Part shown: piece after piece, positions 1-8,974 of the stretch
How positions within the stretch are numbered: position 1 is the stretch's first letter
How the letters are laid out: each line of letters starts with the position of its first letter
Assembly: GCA_034521815.1 (NCBI GenBank)
Contig: JAXHLW010000009.1
Span: 1 to 13,058 of the forward strand
Length of the DNA: 13,058 nt
Origin: Trueperaceae bacterium
GTDB taxonomy: Bacteria > Deinococcota > Deinococci > Deinococcales > Trueperaceae
Direction: 5' to 3'
Position numbers and translations under genes: made by a program
The notes under the pieces: generated by a model
Databases searched by the model: none
Seen by the model: the letters and a program-made list of their open reading frames with translations, nothing else
What the model was told of the DNA's origin: nothing

Positions 1-64
1 GTGGGTGCCGAGCGCGTGCGGCGTGCGGCGAGCGGTGATGACGAGACGAGGCAGCGACGGAGCG

Positions 65-1107
<1,043 letters not shown>

Positions 1108-1111
<4 letters not shown>

Positions 1112-2106
1112 GAGCGCTCCTTCTGCGGCGCCGGCAGAACGTCGTGCCGGATGCAGGCGCTGGCGTGGCCCGGCGCGACCTCGACGAGCGGCGGCTCGGC
1201 CTCGTGGCAGGCGGGAATCTCGAACGAGCAGCGCGGCGCGAACGGGCAGCCGGGCGGCAGCGAGCGCAGGTCGGGCGGGGCGCCGCCGATCGGGGCCAGT
1301 GGCGTGCGGGCTGCCCCTCCGTCCGGCACCGAGCGTCGCAGCCCCACGGTGTAGGCGTGCTTGGGGTTGCGGAACAGCTCGCGGACCGGCGCGGTCTCGA
1401 CGAGCCTGCCGGCGTACATCACCGCGACCCGGTCGCACGTCTGCGCGACGACGCCCAGGTCGTGCGTGACGAGGATCACCGCCATGCCCAGCTGATCGCG
1501 CAGCCGCAGCAGCAGCTTCAGGATCTGATCCTGGATGGTGACGTCCAGCGCGGTGGTGGGCTCGTCGGCCAGCAGCAGCTGCGGACTGGACGCCAGCGCG
1601 ATGGCGATCATCGCGCGCTGTCGCATTCCGCCGCTGAACTCGTGCGGAAAGCCGTCCAGGCGCTCGCGCGGGGAGGGGATGCCGACCAGCGAGAGCAGCT
1701 CGGTGGCCCGCTCGGTCGCCTCGCGGCCTCCGATGCCTTCGTGCTCGGCCAGGCTCTCTCGGATCTGCTTGCCGATGCTCAGCACCGGGTTCAGCGCCGT
1801 CATCGGCTCCTGGAAGATCATGCTGATCTCGCCGCCGCGGACGTCCTGCATCCGCGCATCGCCGACGCTCAGCAGGTCCTGCCCCTGCCAGATCACGCTG
1901 CCGGTGATCTCGGTGGGCGGCCGGTACAGGCGCACCAGCGAGCGGAGCGTGACGCTCTTGCCGGAGCCGGACTCGCCGACGATGCCCAGCACCTCGCCGG
2001 GCGCGAGGTCGAACGACACGTCGCGCACGACGTGGAGCCGTCCGCGCTCGCCGGGGAAGACGGTGTTCAGGTCGCGGACGGAAAGCATGGGCTGCTCGGC
2101 GCTCAC
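1108..2106 (-). CDS. Peptide/nickel-family ABC transporter ATP-binding subunit (DppD/OppD-like), 332 aa
   Basis: GESGSGKS, SMIFQEPMTALNP, FSGGMRQR, LLLADEPTTALD, HDL, and tail CPFAPRCSFEIPAC...SAC. GTG start at 2106 overlaps the upstream TGA (GTGA). Confidence 0.95.
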
Positions 2107-2954
2107 GATTTCGGCCTCAGGAGATCGGCGAGGCCGTCGCCGACCAGGCTGAACGAGATGCCGGCCAGCGTCAGGACGAGGCCCGGGAAGGTCGAGATCC
2201 ACCAGGCGGTGGTCATGAAGTTCTTGCCGTCGGCCACCATCACGCCCCACTCGGCCGTGGGCGGCTGGGCGCCCAGGCCCAGGTAGCCCAGCGAGGCGCC
2301 CAGCAGGATGCCCAGGCTCATGTCCGTCATCAGGTACACGATCGCGGGCGTGACGACGTTGGGAAAGACGTGCCGGGCGATGATCCGGCTGGGGGAGTAG
2401 CCCATCACCTTGCCGGCCTGGACGTACTCGGCGTTCTTCTGGACGATCGTCTCGCCGCGGACCAGCCGGGCGTAGTACACCCAGCCGACCGAGCTGACGG
2501 CGATGTACATGTTCGACAGGCCGGGGCCCAGGATCGCGACGATGGCGATCACGAGGATCAGGAACGGGAACACCATCACCACGTCGACGATGCGGCCGAA
2601 GATGGCGTCGAGCCAGCGTCCGTAGTAGCCGGTGACCACGCCGGCGAAGGTGCCGAACAGGAACGGGAACAGCGTGGTGAACAGCGCGATCTGCATGTCG
2701 ATGCGGGCGCCCCAGATCACGCGCGACAGCACGTCGCGGCCGAAGTTGTCGGTTCCGAACGGGTGCGCGGCGCTGGGCGCCTGGAGGATGGCGCCGTAGT
2801 CGAAGTCGTTGGGGCCGTACGGCGCGATGGCGCCGGGAATGATCGCCATCGTCACGAAGCCCAGCAGCAGCAGCCCGCCGATGACCAGCGTCGGCTTGGG
2901 CCGCGGCACGACGCGGCGGGCGCGCCTGAGTCGGGGAACGGTCGTCGTGGTCAC
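2103..2954 (-). CDS. ABC transporter permease (DppC/OppC-like), 283 aa
   Basis: HPFGTDNFGRDVLSRVIWG, several hydrophobic helices, EAA-like loop EYVQAGKVMG, and LGLGAQPPTAEWG. GTG start with GAGGAGG SD. Confidence 0.95.
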   Translation of the reverse strand: MTTTTVPRLRRARRVVPRPKPTLVIGGLLLLGFVTMAIIPGAIAPYGPNDFDYGAILQAPSAAHPFGTDNFGRDVLSRVIWGARIDMQIALFTTLFPFLFGTFAGVVTGYYGRWLDAIFGRIVDVVMVFPFLILVIAIVAILGPGLSNMYIAVSSVGWVYYARLVRGETIVQKNAEYVQAGKVMGYSPSRIIARHVFPNVVTPAIVYLMTDMSLGILLGASLGYLGLGAQPPTAEWGVMVADGKNFMTTAWWISTFPGLVLTLAGISFSLVGDGLADLLRPKS

Positions 2955-2963
2955 GTCGCCTCC

Positions 2964-3905
2964 TCAGGCCATCTTCGTCCGGGGATCCAGGACGGTGTAG
3001 ACGAGATCGGTGAGCAGGAAGACCAGGGAGATGACCACCGCGAAGGAGAGGGTGAGGCCCTGGACGACGGAGTAGTCCCGCCCGTAGATGGAGTCGATCA
3101 TCAGCCGGCCGACGCCGGGGATGGCGAACACCGTCTCGGTGATGACCGCGCCGCCCATCAGGCGGCCGATCGAGAGGCCGAACAGCGTCACGGTGCCGAT
3201 CATGGCGTTGCGCAGCACGTGGCTGGCCAACACGACGCGAGGCTGCAGCCCTTTCGAGCGCGCGAAGTCGACGTACTCGGCGGTGAGCACCTCGAGGATC
3301 GAGGCGCGCAGGTTCCGCATCAGCATGGCGGCGAGATAGAAGCCCAGCGAGAGCGCTGGAAGGAACAGATAGTAGATGTTCTCCCCGAACGACGAGCCGA
3401 TGCCGCCGACGGGGAACCAGGAGAGCCGCGCACCGAAGACGGTGAGCAGCTGCAGCGCCACGTAGAACACCGGCAGGGAGAGCCCCACCTGGAAGAAGCC
3501 GCGAATCGTCCCGTCGATCCAGGTGCCGCGCTTCAGGGCGGCGACGATGGCGGCCGGGATGGCCAGCAGCGCGGCGACCAGGCCGGCGTACAGCGTGAGC
3601 CCCATCGTGATCGGCAAGCGCTCGGCGATCAGGCGGCTGACGGGCACCTTGAGGTTGATGCTGGTGCCCAGGTCGCCCTGAGCGACGTTGCGCATGAAGA
3701 TCGCGAGCTGCACGGGGATCGGACGGTCCAGCCCGAGCTGACGGTTCAGACGCTCGACCGCCTCGTCGGTGACGCGGTCGCCCAGGATGGCGGTGGCGGG
3801 GTCGCCGGGCAGCAGGCGCACCATGAAGAACACCAGCACCAGGATCACCAGCAGCGTCGGAATCATCTGCAGCAGGCGGGCCAGCACGTACTGCCAGCGG
3901 TTCAA
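2964..3905 (-). CDS. ABC transporter permease (DppB/OppB-like), 313 aa
   Basis: LPGDPA, LGLDRP, GDLGTS, EYVDFARSKGL EAA loop, ITETVFAIPGVG, C-terminal LDPR. TTG start with GGAGG 7 nt upstream. Confidence 0.95.
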   Translation of the reverse strand: MNRWQYVLARLLQMIPTLLVILVLVFFMVRLLPGDPATAILGDRVTDEAVERLNRQLGLDRPIPVQLAIFMRNVAQGDLGTSINLKVPVSRLIAERLPITMGLTLYAGLVAALLAIPAAIVAALKRGTWIDGTIRGFFQVGLSLPVFYVALQLLTVFGARLSWFPVGGIGSSFGENIYYLFLPALSLGFYLAAMLMRNLRASILEVLTAEYVDFARSKGLQPRVVLASHVLRNAMIGTVTLFGLSIGRLMGGAVITETVFAIPGVGRLMIDSIYGRDYSVVQGLTLSFAVVISLVFLLTDLVYTVLDPRTKMA

Positions 3906-3979
3906 CGGGGGCCTCCGGGGTCTAGGTCGCTGCGTCGCACGTCGGGTCTCGAATCAGGAGGACGTCCGCCAGCACAGCA

Positions 3980-4011
3980 GCGGCCTTCCCGGACGGATCC
4001 GGGAAGGCCGC
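3980..4011 (-). terminator. Perfect 14-bp intercistronic hairpin (mRNA stabiliser or partial terminator) after the binding-protein gene
   Basis: GCGGCCTTCCCGGA-N4-TCCGGGAAGGCCGC, 14 nt after the stop codon at 4026. There is no U-tract. Confidence 0.7.
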
Positions 4012-4025
4012 GACGCGTGGGGGCG

Positions 4026-5594
4026 TCACTCCAGGTGAACGTCCTTGAGGACGTAGGCGCCCAGCGGGATCTGCACGAAGTCTTCGACGTTCGTGGCCAT
4101 CGCGACGGGGTAGGGGGTCTCGTACAGGAAGGTGATCGGCGCGGCGTCCAGGTAGATCTCCTGGATGCGCTCGTACTGCGCGGCGCGGGCGCCTGCGTCG
4201 AGCTCGATCTGCGAGGCGGCGAACAGCTCGTCGATCTCGTCGTTCTGGAAGCCGGTGTGCAGCGACTCGACGTTCTCGTAGATCGCGAAGTACGAGGTGA
4301 TCTGGCTGGGGTCGTTGATGTCGTTGGTCCAGGCGGCGGTGCGCATCTGGAAGTCGTTGTTGCGGTAGCGCTCGGTCTTCGTGGCGGCCTCGAGCTGCTC
4401 GATCTCGAGCGTCACGCCGACGTCGGCCCACATGTTCTGGATCGCGGTCAGCAGCGCGAGGTCGTCCTGGCTGCCGGCGGTCGCCATGGAGCTGACGGTG
4501 AAGCCGTCTCCGTAGCCGGCCTCGGCCAGGAGCTCGCGGGCGCGCTCGGGGTCGTAGGGGAACCCTTCTTGCGCGTCGTAGTAGGGGGTGGTCGTCGACA
4601 TGTAGGAGTACATGGGCGTGCCGTTGCCGAACAGCACGACCTGGATCAGCGCTTCTCTGTTCACGGCGTAGTTCAGCGCCTCGCGGACGCGCTCGTCGGA
4701 CAGCGGGTTGGGCGTGCCGTCGAGGAGCGTCTCACGGTTGTTCAGCAGGATGCTGTTCACGCGGGTGGAGGGGAACAGCTCCATCTCGATGTCGGCGTCG
4801 GCGCCCAGCTCGGCCGCGCGCGAGAACGGAATGAACTCGGCGACGTCGAGCTCGCCGCCCTGCAGGCGCAGGATGCGGGTCGCGTCGTCGGGCACGATCT
4901 CGAAGCGGATCGAGTCGAGGTAGGGGAGCGCTTCGCCGTCGGCGCCGATCTCCCAGTAGTACGGGTTGCGCTCGAGCACCATGTACGAGCCGCGCTGCCA
5001 CTCGGTCAGCACGAACGGTCCGGAGCCGATCGGGGCTTCGGCGAACGCTTCCGCCTTCTCGCGCATCGTCTCGCCCTCGGCGGCCTCGAACAGGTCCTGG
5101 GGCATGACGGCGGAGTTGAACATGGCCAGGGCCGGCTCCAGCGTGGGGTCGGGGCGGGACAGGTTCAGGGTCACGGAGCCGTCGCCGGCGTCGATCGACT
5201 CGACGGAGGCCAGCGTGAAGCTCCAGATGCCGTTCTCGGGGTTGCGGGCGCGGTCCAGCGACCACTTGACGTCGTCCGAGGTGATGTCGCTGCCGTCGGC
5301 GAACTTGATGCCGTCGCGCAGCTGCAGGGTCAGCTCGAGCCCGGTGTCGGAGAAGCTCCACGACTCGGCCAGACCGGGCTTGACGCCGGTGCCGTCGGCG
5401 GTCGGCTGGAGCAGGGTGTCGTACAGGTTCGTGAGCACCCAGATGTCGAGGTTGGCGTCGTTCAGGACGGGGTCGAGAAAGAGCGAGTCCGCGTAGCGCG
5501 CGAACGTCAGCTCGCCTCCGCGTTGCTGGGCGAGGCCGGTACCGATGGCCAGCACGGATAGAAGGGCTGCGAACAGCAGGACGGGTCGTTTCAT
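4026..5594 (-). CDS. ABC transporter substrate-binding protein, family 5 (DppA/OppA/NikA-like), 522 aa
   Basis: PGLAESWS...LRDGIKFADGSDITSDDVKWS, PIGSGPF, ERNPYYW, VREALNYAVNRE, YDPERARELLAEAG. Sec signal peptide MKRPVLLFAALLSVLAIGTGLA with no lipobox Cys. ATG at 5594 with GGAGG SD. Confidence 0.95.
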   Translation of the reverse strand: MKRPVLLFAALLSVLAIGTGLAQQRGGELTFARYADSLFLDPVLNDANLDIWVLTNLYDTLLQPTADGTGVKPGLAESWSFSDTGLELTLQLRDGIKFADGSDITSDDVKWSLDRARNPENGIWSFTLASVESIDAGDGSVTLNLSRPDPTLEPALAMFNSAVMPQDLFEAAEGETMREKAEAFAEAPIGSGPFVLTEWQRGSYMVLERNPYYWEIGADGEALPYLDSIRFEIVPDDATRILRLQGGELDVAEFIPFSRAAELGADADIEMELFPSTRVNSILLNNRETLLDGTPNPLSDERVREALNYAVNREALIQVVLFGNGTPMYSYMSTTTPYYDAQEGFPYDPERARELLAEAGYGDGFTVSSMATAGSQDDLALLTAIQNMWADVGVTLEIEQLEAATKTERYRNNDFQMRTAAWTNDINDPSQITSYFAIYENVESLHTGFQNDEIDELFAASQIELDAGARAAQYERIQEIYLDAAPITFLYETPYPVAMATNVEDFVQIPLGAYVLKDVHLE

Positions 5595-5682
5595 GCCTAC
5601 CTCCAGGGGTGGAACGGCAACGAGCGGTCGACCCTTGGATCGCACCGTGGATGGCCCAGAAAGAGCCGGCCTCCCGCGTCGC

Positions 5683-5702
5683 TGTTACTGCCGACCATAA
5701 CA
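5683..5702. promoter_or_regulatory. Putative GntR operator O1
   Basis: TGTTACTGCCGACCATAACA is TGTTA-N10-TAACA, an inverted repeat covering the -10 and predicted TSS. It recurs at 10109-10128. Confidence 0.65.
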
Positions 5703-5722
5703 CTCGAACTCTATGCGGTCAA
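5694..5722 (-). promoter_or_regulatory. Sigma70-type promoter for the ABC transporter genes
   Basis: Minus strand TTGACC (5722-5717), 17-nt spacer, TATGGT (5699-5694), with extended -10 TGn. Confidence 0.7.
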
Positions 5723-5795
5723 ACGTGTGGAGTTGCGGTAGGTGGTGCCGCCGCGCCGCCCGGGTCCGCGGGTCGAAGAGAGGCGTCGCGGGTCG

Positions 5796-7193
5796 CTAGG
5801 AGTCCGCACGGACCTTCGGCACGGGGATGCGTGGCGCCACCGACTCGAGCGCGCGGGCGACGGAGAACAGCGTGGCGTCATCGTCCTTTCGAGCCGCGAG
5901 CTGGATCGACGCCGGTAGCCCCTCGGCGACCCCCCACGGCAGCACCAAGGCGGGCGCAGCGAGCAGGTTGAACGGTCCGCTGAAGTGCATCTCCGAGGCG
6001 CCTTCCTCGCCGTGCACCGAAGGATCGTGCGCAGGCGCCTGGAACGGCACGGCGGGCGAGAGCAGGACGTCGATGCGAGCGGAGGGCGCCGTGGCTCCGT
6101 CCATCCAGGCCGCGAACGCCTGCTGGGCTGCCTCTTGGCGGCGCCGGGCCCGGACGTAGCGAACGGCGGGCAGGTCGAACCCCGCCTCGATCTGCGCCAG
6201 GGTGTCGGGGCCGTACCCCGCGGCGTTCCGCCCAACGTGATCCTCGTGTATAACACTCGCTTCGGGAAGCAGCAGATCGAGCAGCGCCTCGTTCAGGTCC
6301 GAGAACGCGGCGAACGAGACCTCCACCAGCCGCGCGCCGCCGCGTTCGGCCGCCGCGACGGCCGCTTCCCAGGCGGCCCGGACGGCGGGCGTGGGCGACC
6401 CGGCGTCCACCCAGTCGTGCGGAACGCCGATCGTGACGCCCTCGAGGCTCGACGGCGCCTCCTCGCCCCAGCGGGCGGGACGTCCCTCGATCACGTCGTG
6501 GAGGAGCGCGGCGTCCTCGATGCGCCGGGCCAGAGCCCCGGCCGCGTCCAGCGACCAGGCGAGGGGGAACACGCCGTCCATCGGTACCCTCGTCGGCGTC
6601 GGCTTCACGCCGACGACGCCGCAGTACGCCGCGGGAACGCGGACCGATCCGCCGGTATCCGTGCCGACCGCCAGCGGAACGCAGCCGGCCGCGACCGCCG
6701 CGGCGCTGCCGCCCGACGACCCGCCCGCGGTGCGGGTCGGATCGTGCGGGTTGCGGGTGTCGCCCACCTCGGGGTGCACGGCGCCGTAGGCGTACTCGAG
6801 CAGGTTCGTCTTGGCCACCACGACGGCGCCGGCCTCGCGCAGCCTCCGCACCAGCTCCGCGTCGCGTGGCGCCGTGTCCACGCGGCCGACGCGCGAGCCG
6901 TACCCGGTCGGAGCGTCCGCCACGTCGATCAGGTCCTTGATCGCGACCGGGATGCCGTGGAGCGGCCCGCGATCGTGGCCACCGGCGAGCTCGGCGTCCA
7001 GGGCGCGCGCCTCCGCGGTCGCGGCCTCGCTTCGCAGGTGGGCGACCGCGTTGAGGGTCGGCTCCCAGGCCGTCAGCGCCTTCAGCGAGGCGGCGACCAG
7101 CTGCTCGGCGCTGAACGCGCCCGACCGGAGGCCGCCGGCCAGCTGTCGGACCCCGCCTGGACTTCCGCCTGGACCCCCGCCGGTCCGCGTCAC
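5796..7193 (-). CDS. Amidase-signature (AS) family amidase, 465 aa
   Basis: [15 protein letters not shown] (catalytic Lys), [37 protein letters not shown] (Ser-cisSer-Lys triad). GTG start at 7193 overlaps the upstream TGA. The ORF-track N-terminal extension is a shadow of the upstream gene. Confidence 0.93.
   Translation of the reverse strand: MTRTGGGPGGSPGGVRQLAGGLRSGAFSAEQLVAASLKALTAWEPTLNAVAHLRSEAATAEARALDAELAGGHDRGPLHGIPVAIKDLIDVADAPTGYGSRVGRVDTAPRDAELVRRLREAGAVVVAKTNLLEYAYGAVHPEVGDTRNPHDPTRTAGGSSGGSAAAVAAGCVPLAVGTDTGGSVRVPAAYCGVVGVKPTPTRVPMDGVFPLAWSLDAAGALARRIEDAALLHDVIEGRPARWGEEAPSSLEGVTIGVPHDWVDAGSPTPAVRAAWEAAVAAAERGGARLVEVSFAAFSDLNEALLDLLLPEASVIHEDHVGRNAAGYGPDTLAQIEAGFDLPAVRYVRARRRQEAAQQAFAAWMDGATAPSARIDVLLSPAVPFQAPAHDPSVHGEEGASEMHFSGPFNLLAAPALVLPWGVAEGLPASIQLAARKDDDATLFSVARALESVAPRIPVPKVRADS
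6236..6255. promoter_or_regulatory. Putative intragenic auxiliary operator inside the amidase gene
   Basis: CGTGA-N10-TAACA, one arm mismatch from O2 (CGTTA-N10-TAACA). It shares ATAACACTCG with O1 and is encoded by rare AT-ending codons. Confidence 0.4.
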
Positions 7194-8215
7194 GCCGGGC
7201 TCGCCCGCGACGCCTCGGCCAGGCTCATGAGCGTGCCCCACGCCTGCGGACGGTCGCCCTGCTCGACCTGGCGCACGACCTCCACCAGGCGACGGGTGAG
7301 CGGCAGGTGCAGGCCGTGCGCCTCGGCCCGGGCCAGGACCTCGCCGAACTGGGCTTCGGCCTCGGTCTTGCGCTTCCGGACCGCCAGGTCGCGCCAGACG
7401 CCGCTGTGGGTCTTGGCCGAGCCGCGATTGTGCGTCACCATCGCCTCGTACGAGGCGGCGCGCGCACGGGCGTCGCCGTCCGGTCCGAACGCGACGGGAT
7501 CGAAGCCGTTGAAGCCCAGCGGTTCGATCCCCTCGGCGTACGCCACCGCCAGCACCTCGGCGGCGAGCTCGTCCAGGATCGGTCGTGCCTCGCGCGAGTC
7601 CAGCACGTCGGCGATGGACTCGTCGCACAGCGCGCTCGCGAACAGCATCGCGCCGTAGCCCATCTTTCCCCACAGGTAGCCCCAGATGTTGTCGGTCGCG
7701 ATGGCGTTCGGCTCGAACGTGCGAAGCAGGTCCAGCAGCCAGGCGAGCCGCTCGCTGGACCGGCCGTCGAGCTCGCCCACGACGACGGCGCCGCGGCCTC
7801 CGAAATGGATCACGCCCGGCTCCAGGTAGTCCGCGCCGAAGTTCACGAACGCCCCGACCGTCCGCTCTGCGCCCACGCGCTCCGCGATGGCGAACTCGTT
7901 CAGCCCGTTCTGGACCGAGACGACGAAGCCGTCGTCGGCCAGGTGCGGCGCGATCGCGTCGGTGGCGGCTTCGGTGTGCAGCGCCTTCGTGCACAGCAGC
8001 ACGGCGTCCCAGCGGCCTTGGACGCGCTCCGGCGTGACGGCGCCGACCTCGGCGGTGAAGGTGTCGACCGGGCCGGTGATGCGCAGGCCGCCCGCGTCGA
8101 TGGCGTCGACGTGCTCGTCCACGACGTCGACGAGCGTGACCTCGCGGCCGGCGCGGGCGGCGTACGCGGCGATCGTGCCGCCGATCGCCCCGGCTCCCCA
8201 GATCAGCGTCCGCAC
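7190..8215 (-). CDS. Ketopantoate reductase (PanE/ApbA)-family NAD(P)-dependent oxidoreductase, divergent, 341 aa
   Basis: N-terminal GAGAIG Rossmann motif, LCTKA, SVQNG, LWGK and KTE motifs matching the PanE fold. GTG start with GAGG SD. Confidence 0.88.
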   Translation of the reverse strand: MRTLIWGAGAIGGTIAAYAARAGREVTLVDVVDEHVDAIDAGGLRITGPVDTFTAEVGAVTPERVQGRWDAVLLCTKALHTEAATDAIAPHLADDGFVVSVQNGLNEFAIAERVGAERTVGAFVNFGADYLEPGVIHFGGRGAVVVGELDGRSSERLAWLLDLLRTFEPNAIATDNIWGYLWGKMGYGAMLFASALCDESIADVLDSREARPILDELAAEVLAVAYAEGIEPLGFNGFDPVAFGPDGDARARAASYEAMVTHNRGSAKTHSGVWRDLAVRKRKTEAEAQFGEVLARAEAHGLHLPLTRRLVEVVRQVEQGDRPQAWGTLMSLAEASRASPA

Positions 8216-8267
8216 GGCGACCTCGTCTCGTGGTCGTCGCTGTTCGGTCGCGCGGCGTGCGCGTACG

Positions 8268-8972
8268 TCACGCGCTCCACGGCCCCTCGATCGCGGCGCG
8301 CGTCTCCTCGACGCCCACCTTCCAGAGCTCCATCATCGTCGCGTCGGGCTTGGCGTACTCGCCGCCCATGTTGCCGTCGCCCATGTAGTCGCGCACGCCG
8401 GCCGGCGAGAGCAGCCGCAGGATGTCGACGTCGGTCATCGGTTTCTGCGCGTCGGGTGGCGTGGCGCCCTCGAGCCGGGTCCACGGGAACGTCTCCATCC
8501 ACGAGGCGTGCGAGGCCACGGGATCGATCTCGCGGACCTTGGCCATGGTCTTGGGCGCGCTCCACCAGTCGTGCCACTTCACCGTCGTCTCGGGGTGATC
8601 CATCATCCACTCCTGCAACAGCCCTCGACCCGACGAGTTGCCGCCGTGGCCGTTCACGAACAGGATGCGGCGGAATCCCTGTCGGGAGAGGCCGTCCATC
8701 AGGTCGCGAAGGATCGCCAGGTAGGTCGCGACGCGCAGCGTGACGGTCCCCGGGTAGCCCACCTGGTACGGCGTCAGGCCGTAGCTCAGGCCGGGGAACA
8801 CCGGCACGCCCAGGGGCTCCGCGGCTTCGGCCGCGACCCGCTGCGACAGGATGTTGTCGACGCCCAGGCTGAGGTAGGCGTGCTGCTCGATGCTGCCGAG
8901 CGGAACGACGGCGCGGTCGTCCTGTTTCAGGTAGGTCTGGACGTCGAACCAGCTCATGTCGTGTGCGTGCAT
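8268..8972 (-). CDS. Creatininase-family (creatinine amidohydrolase/MftE-like) metallo-amidohydrolase, 234 aa
   Basis: PLGSIEQH, GVD, YPGTVTL, NGHGGN and HASWMET motifs. Predicted metal/catalytic residues are E29, H31, D39, H109, H155, E160. ATG at 8972 with AAGGAG 5 nt upstream. This is the C-terminal part of ORF 8268..10544. Confidence 0.93.
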   Translation of the reverse strand: MHAHDMSWFDVQTYLKQDDRAVVPLGSIEQHAYLSLGVDNILSQRVAAEAAEPLGVPVFPGLSYGLTPYQVGYPGTVTLRVATYLAILRDLMDGLSRQGFRRILFVNGHGGNSSGRGLLQEWMMDHPETTVKWHDWWSAPKTMAKVREIDPVASHASWMETFPWTRLEGATPPDAQKPMTDVDILRLLSPAGVRDYMGDGNMGGEYAKPDATMMELWKVGVEETRAAIEGPWSA

Positions 8973-8974
8973 GG

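Noticed and set aside
1-64. GCGTGCG-like 7-nt repeats after the last ATPase gene
   Set aside because: Too short and low-complexity at the window edge. No terminator or gene can be supported.
2370-5561. 1063-aa plus-strand ORF (also 5..1354, 1144..2286, 5985..7658, 7307..8743, 7887..9254, 8963..10126)
   Set aside because: Antisense shadows of well-supported minus-strand genes, expected in high-GC DNA. No recognisable motifs.
7153-7181. 12-nt imperfect repeat CCGCCTGGACYY at the amidase N-terminus ([10 protein letters not shown])
   Set aside because: A short slippage duplication in a presumably disordered N-terminus with no evidence of function.
5796-7193. Assignment as gatA
   Set aside because: No gatB or gatC neighbours and the context is catabolic. 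Only AS-family membership is supported.
8268-8972. Mycofactocin (mftE) cluster
   Set aside because: No MftA precursor, MftB or radical SAM MftC in the window.
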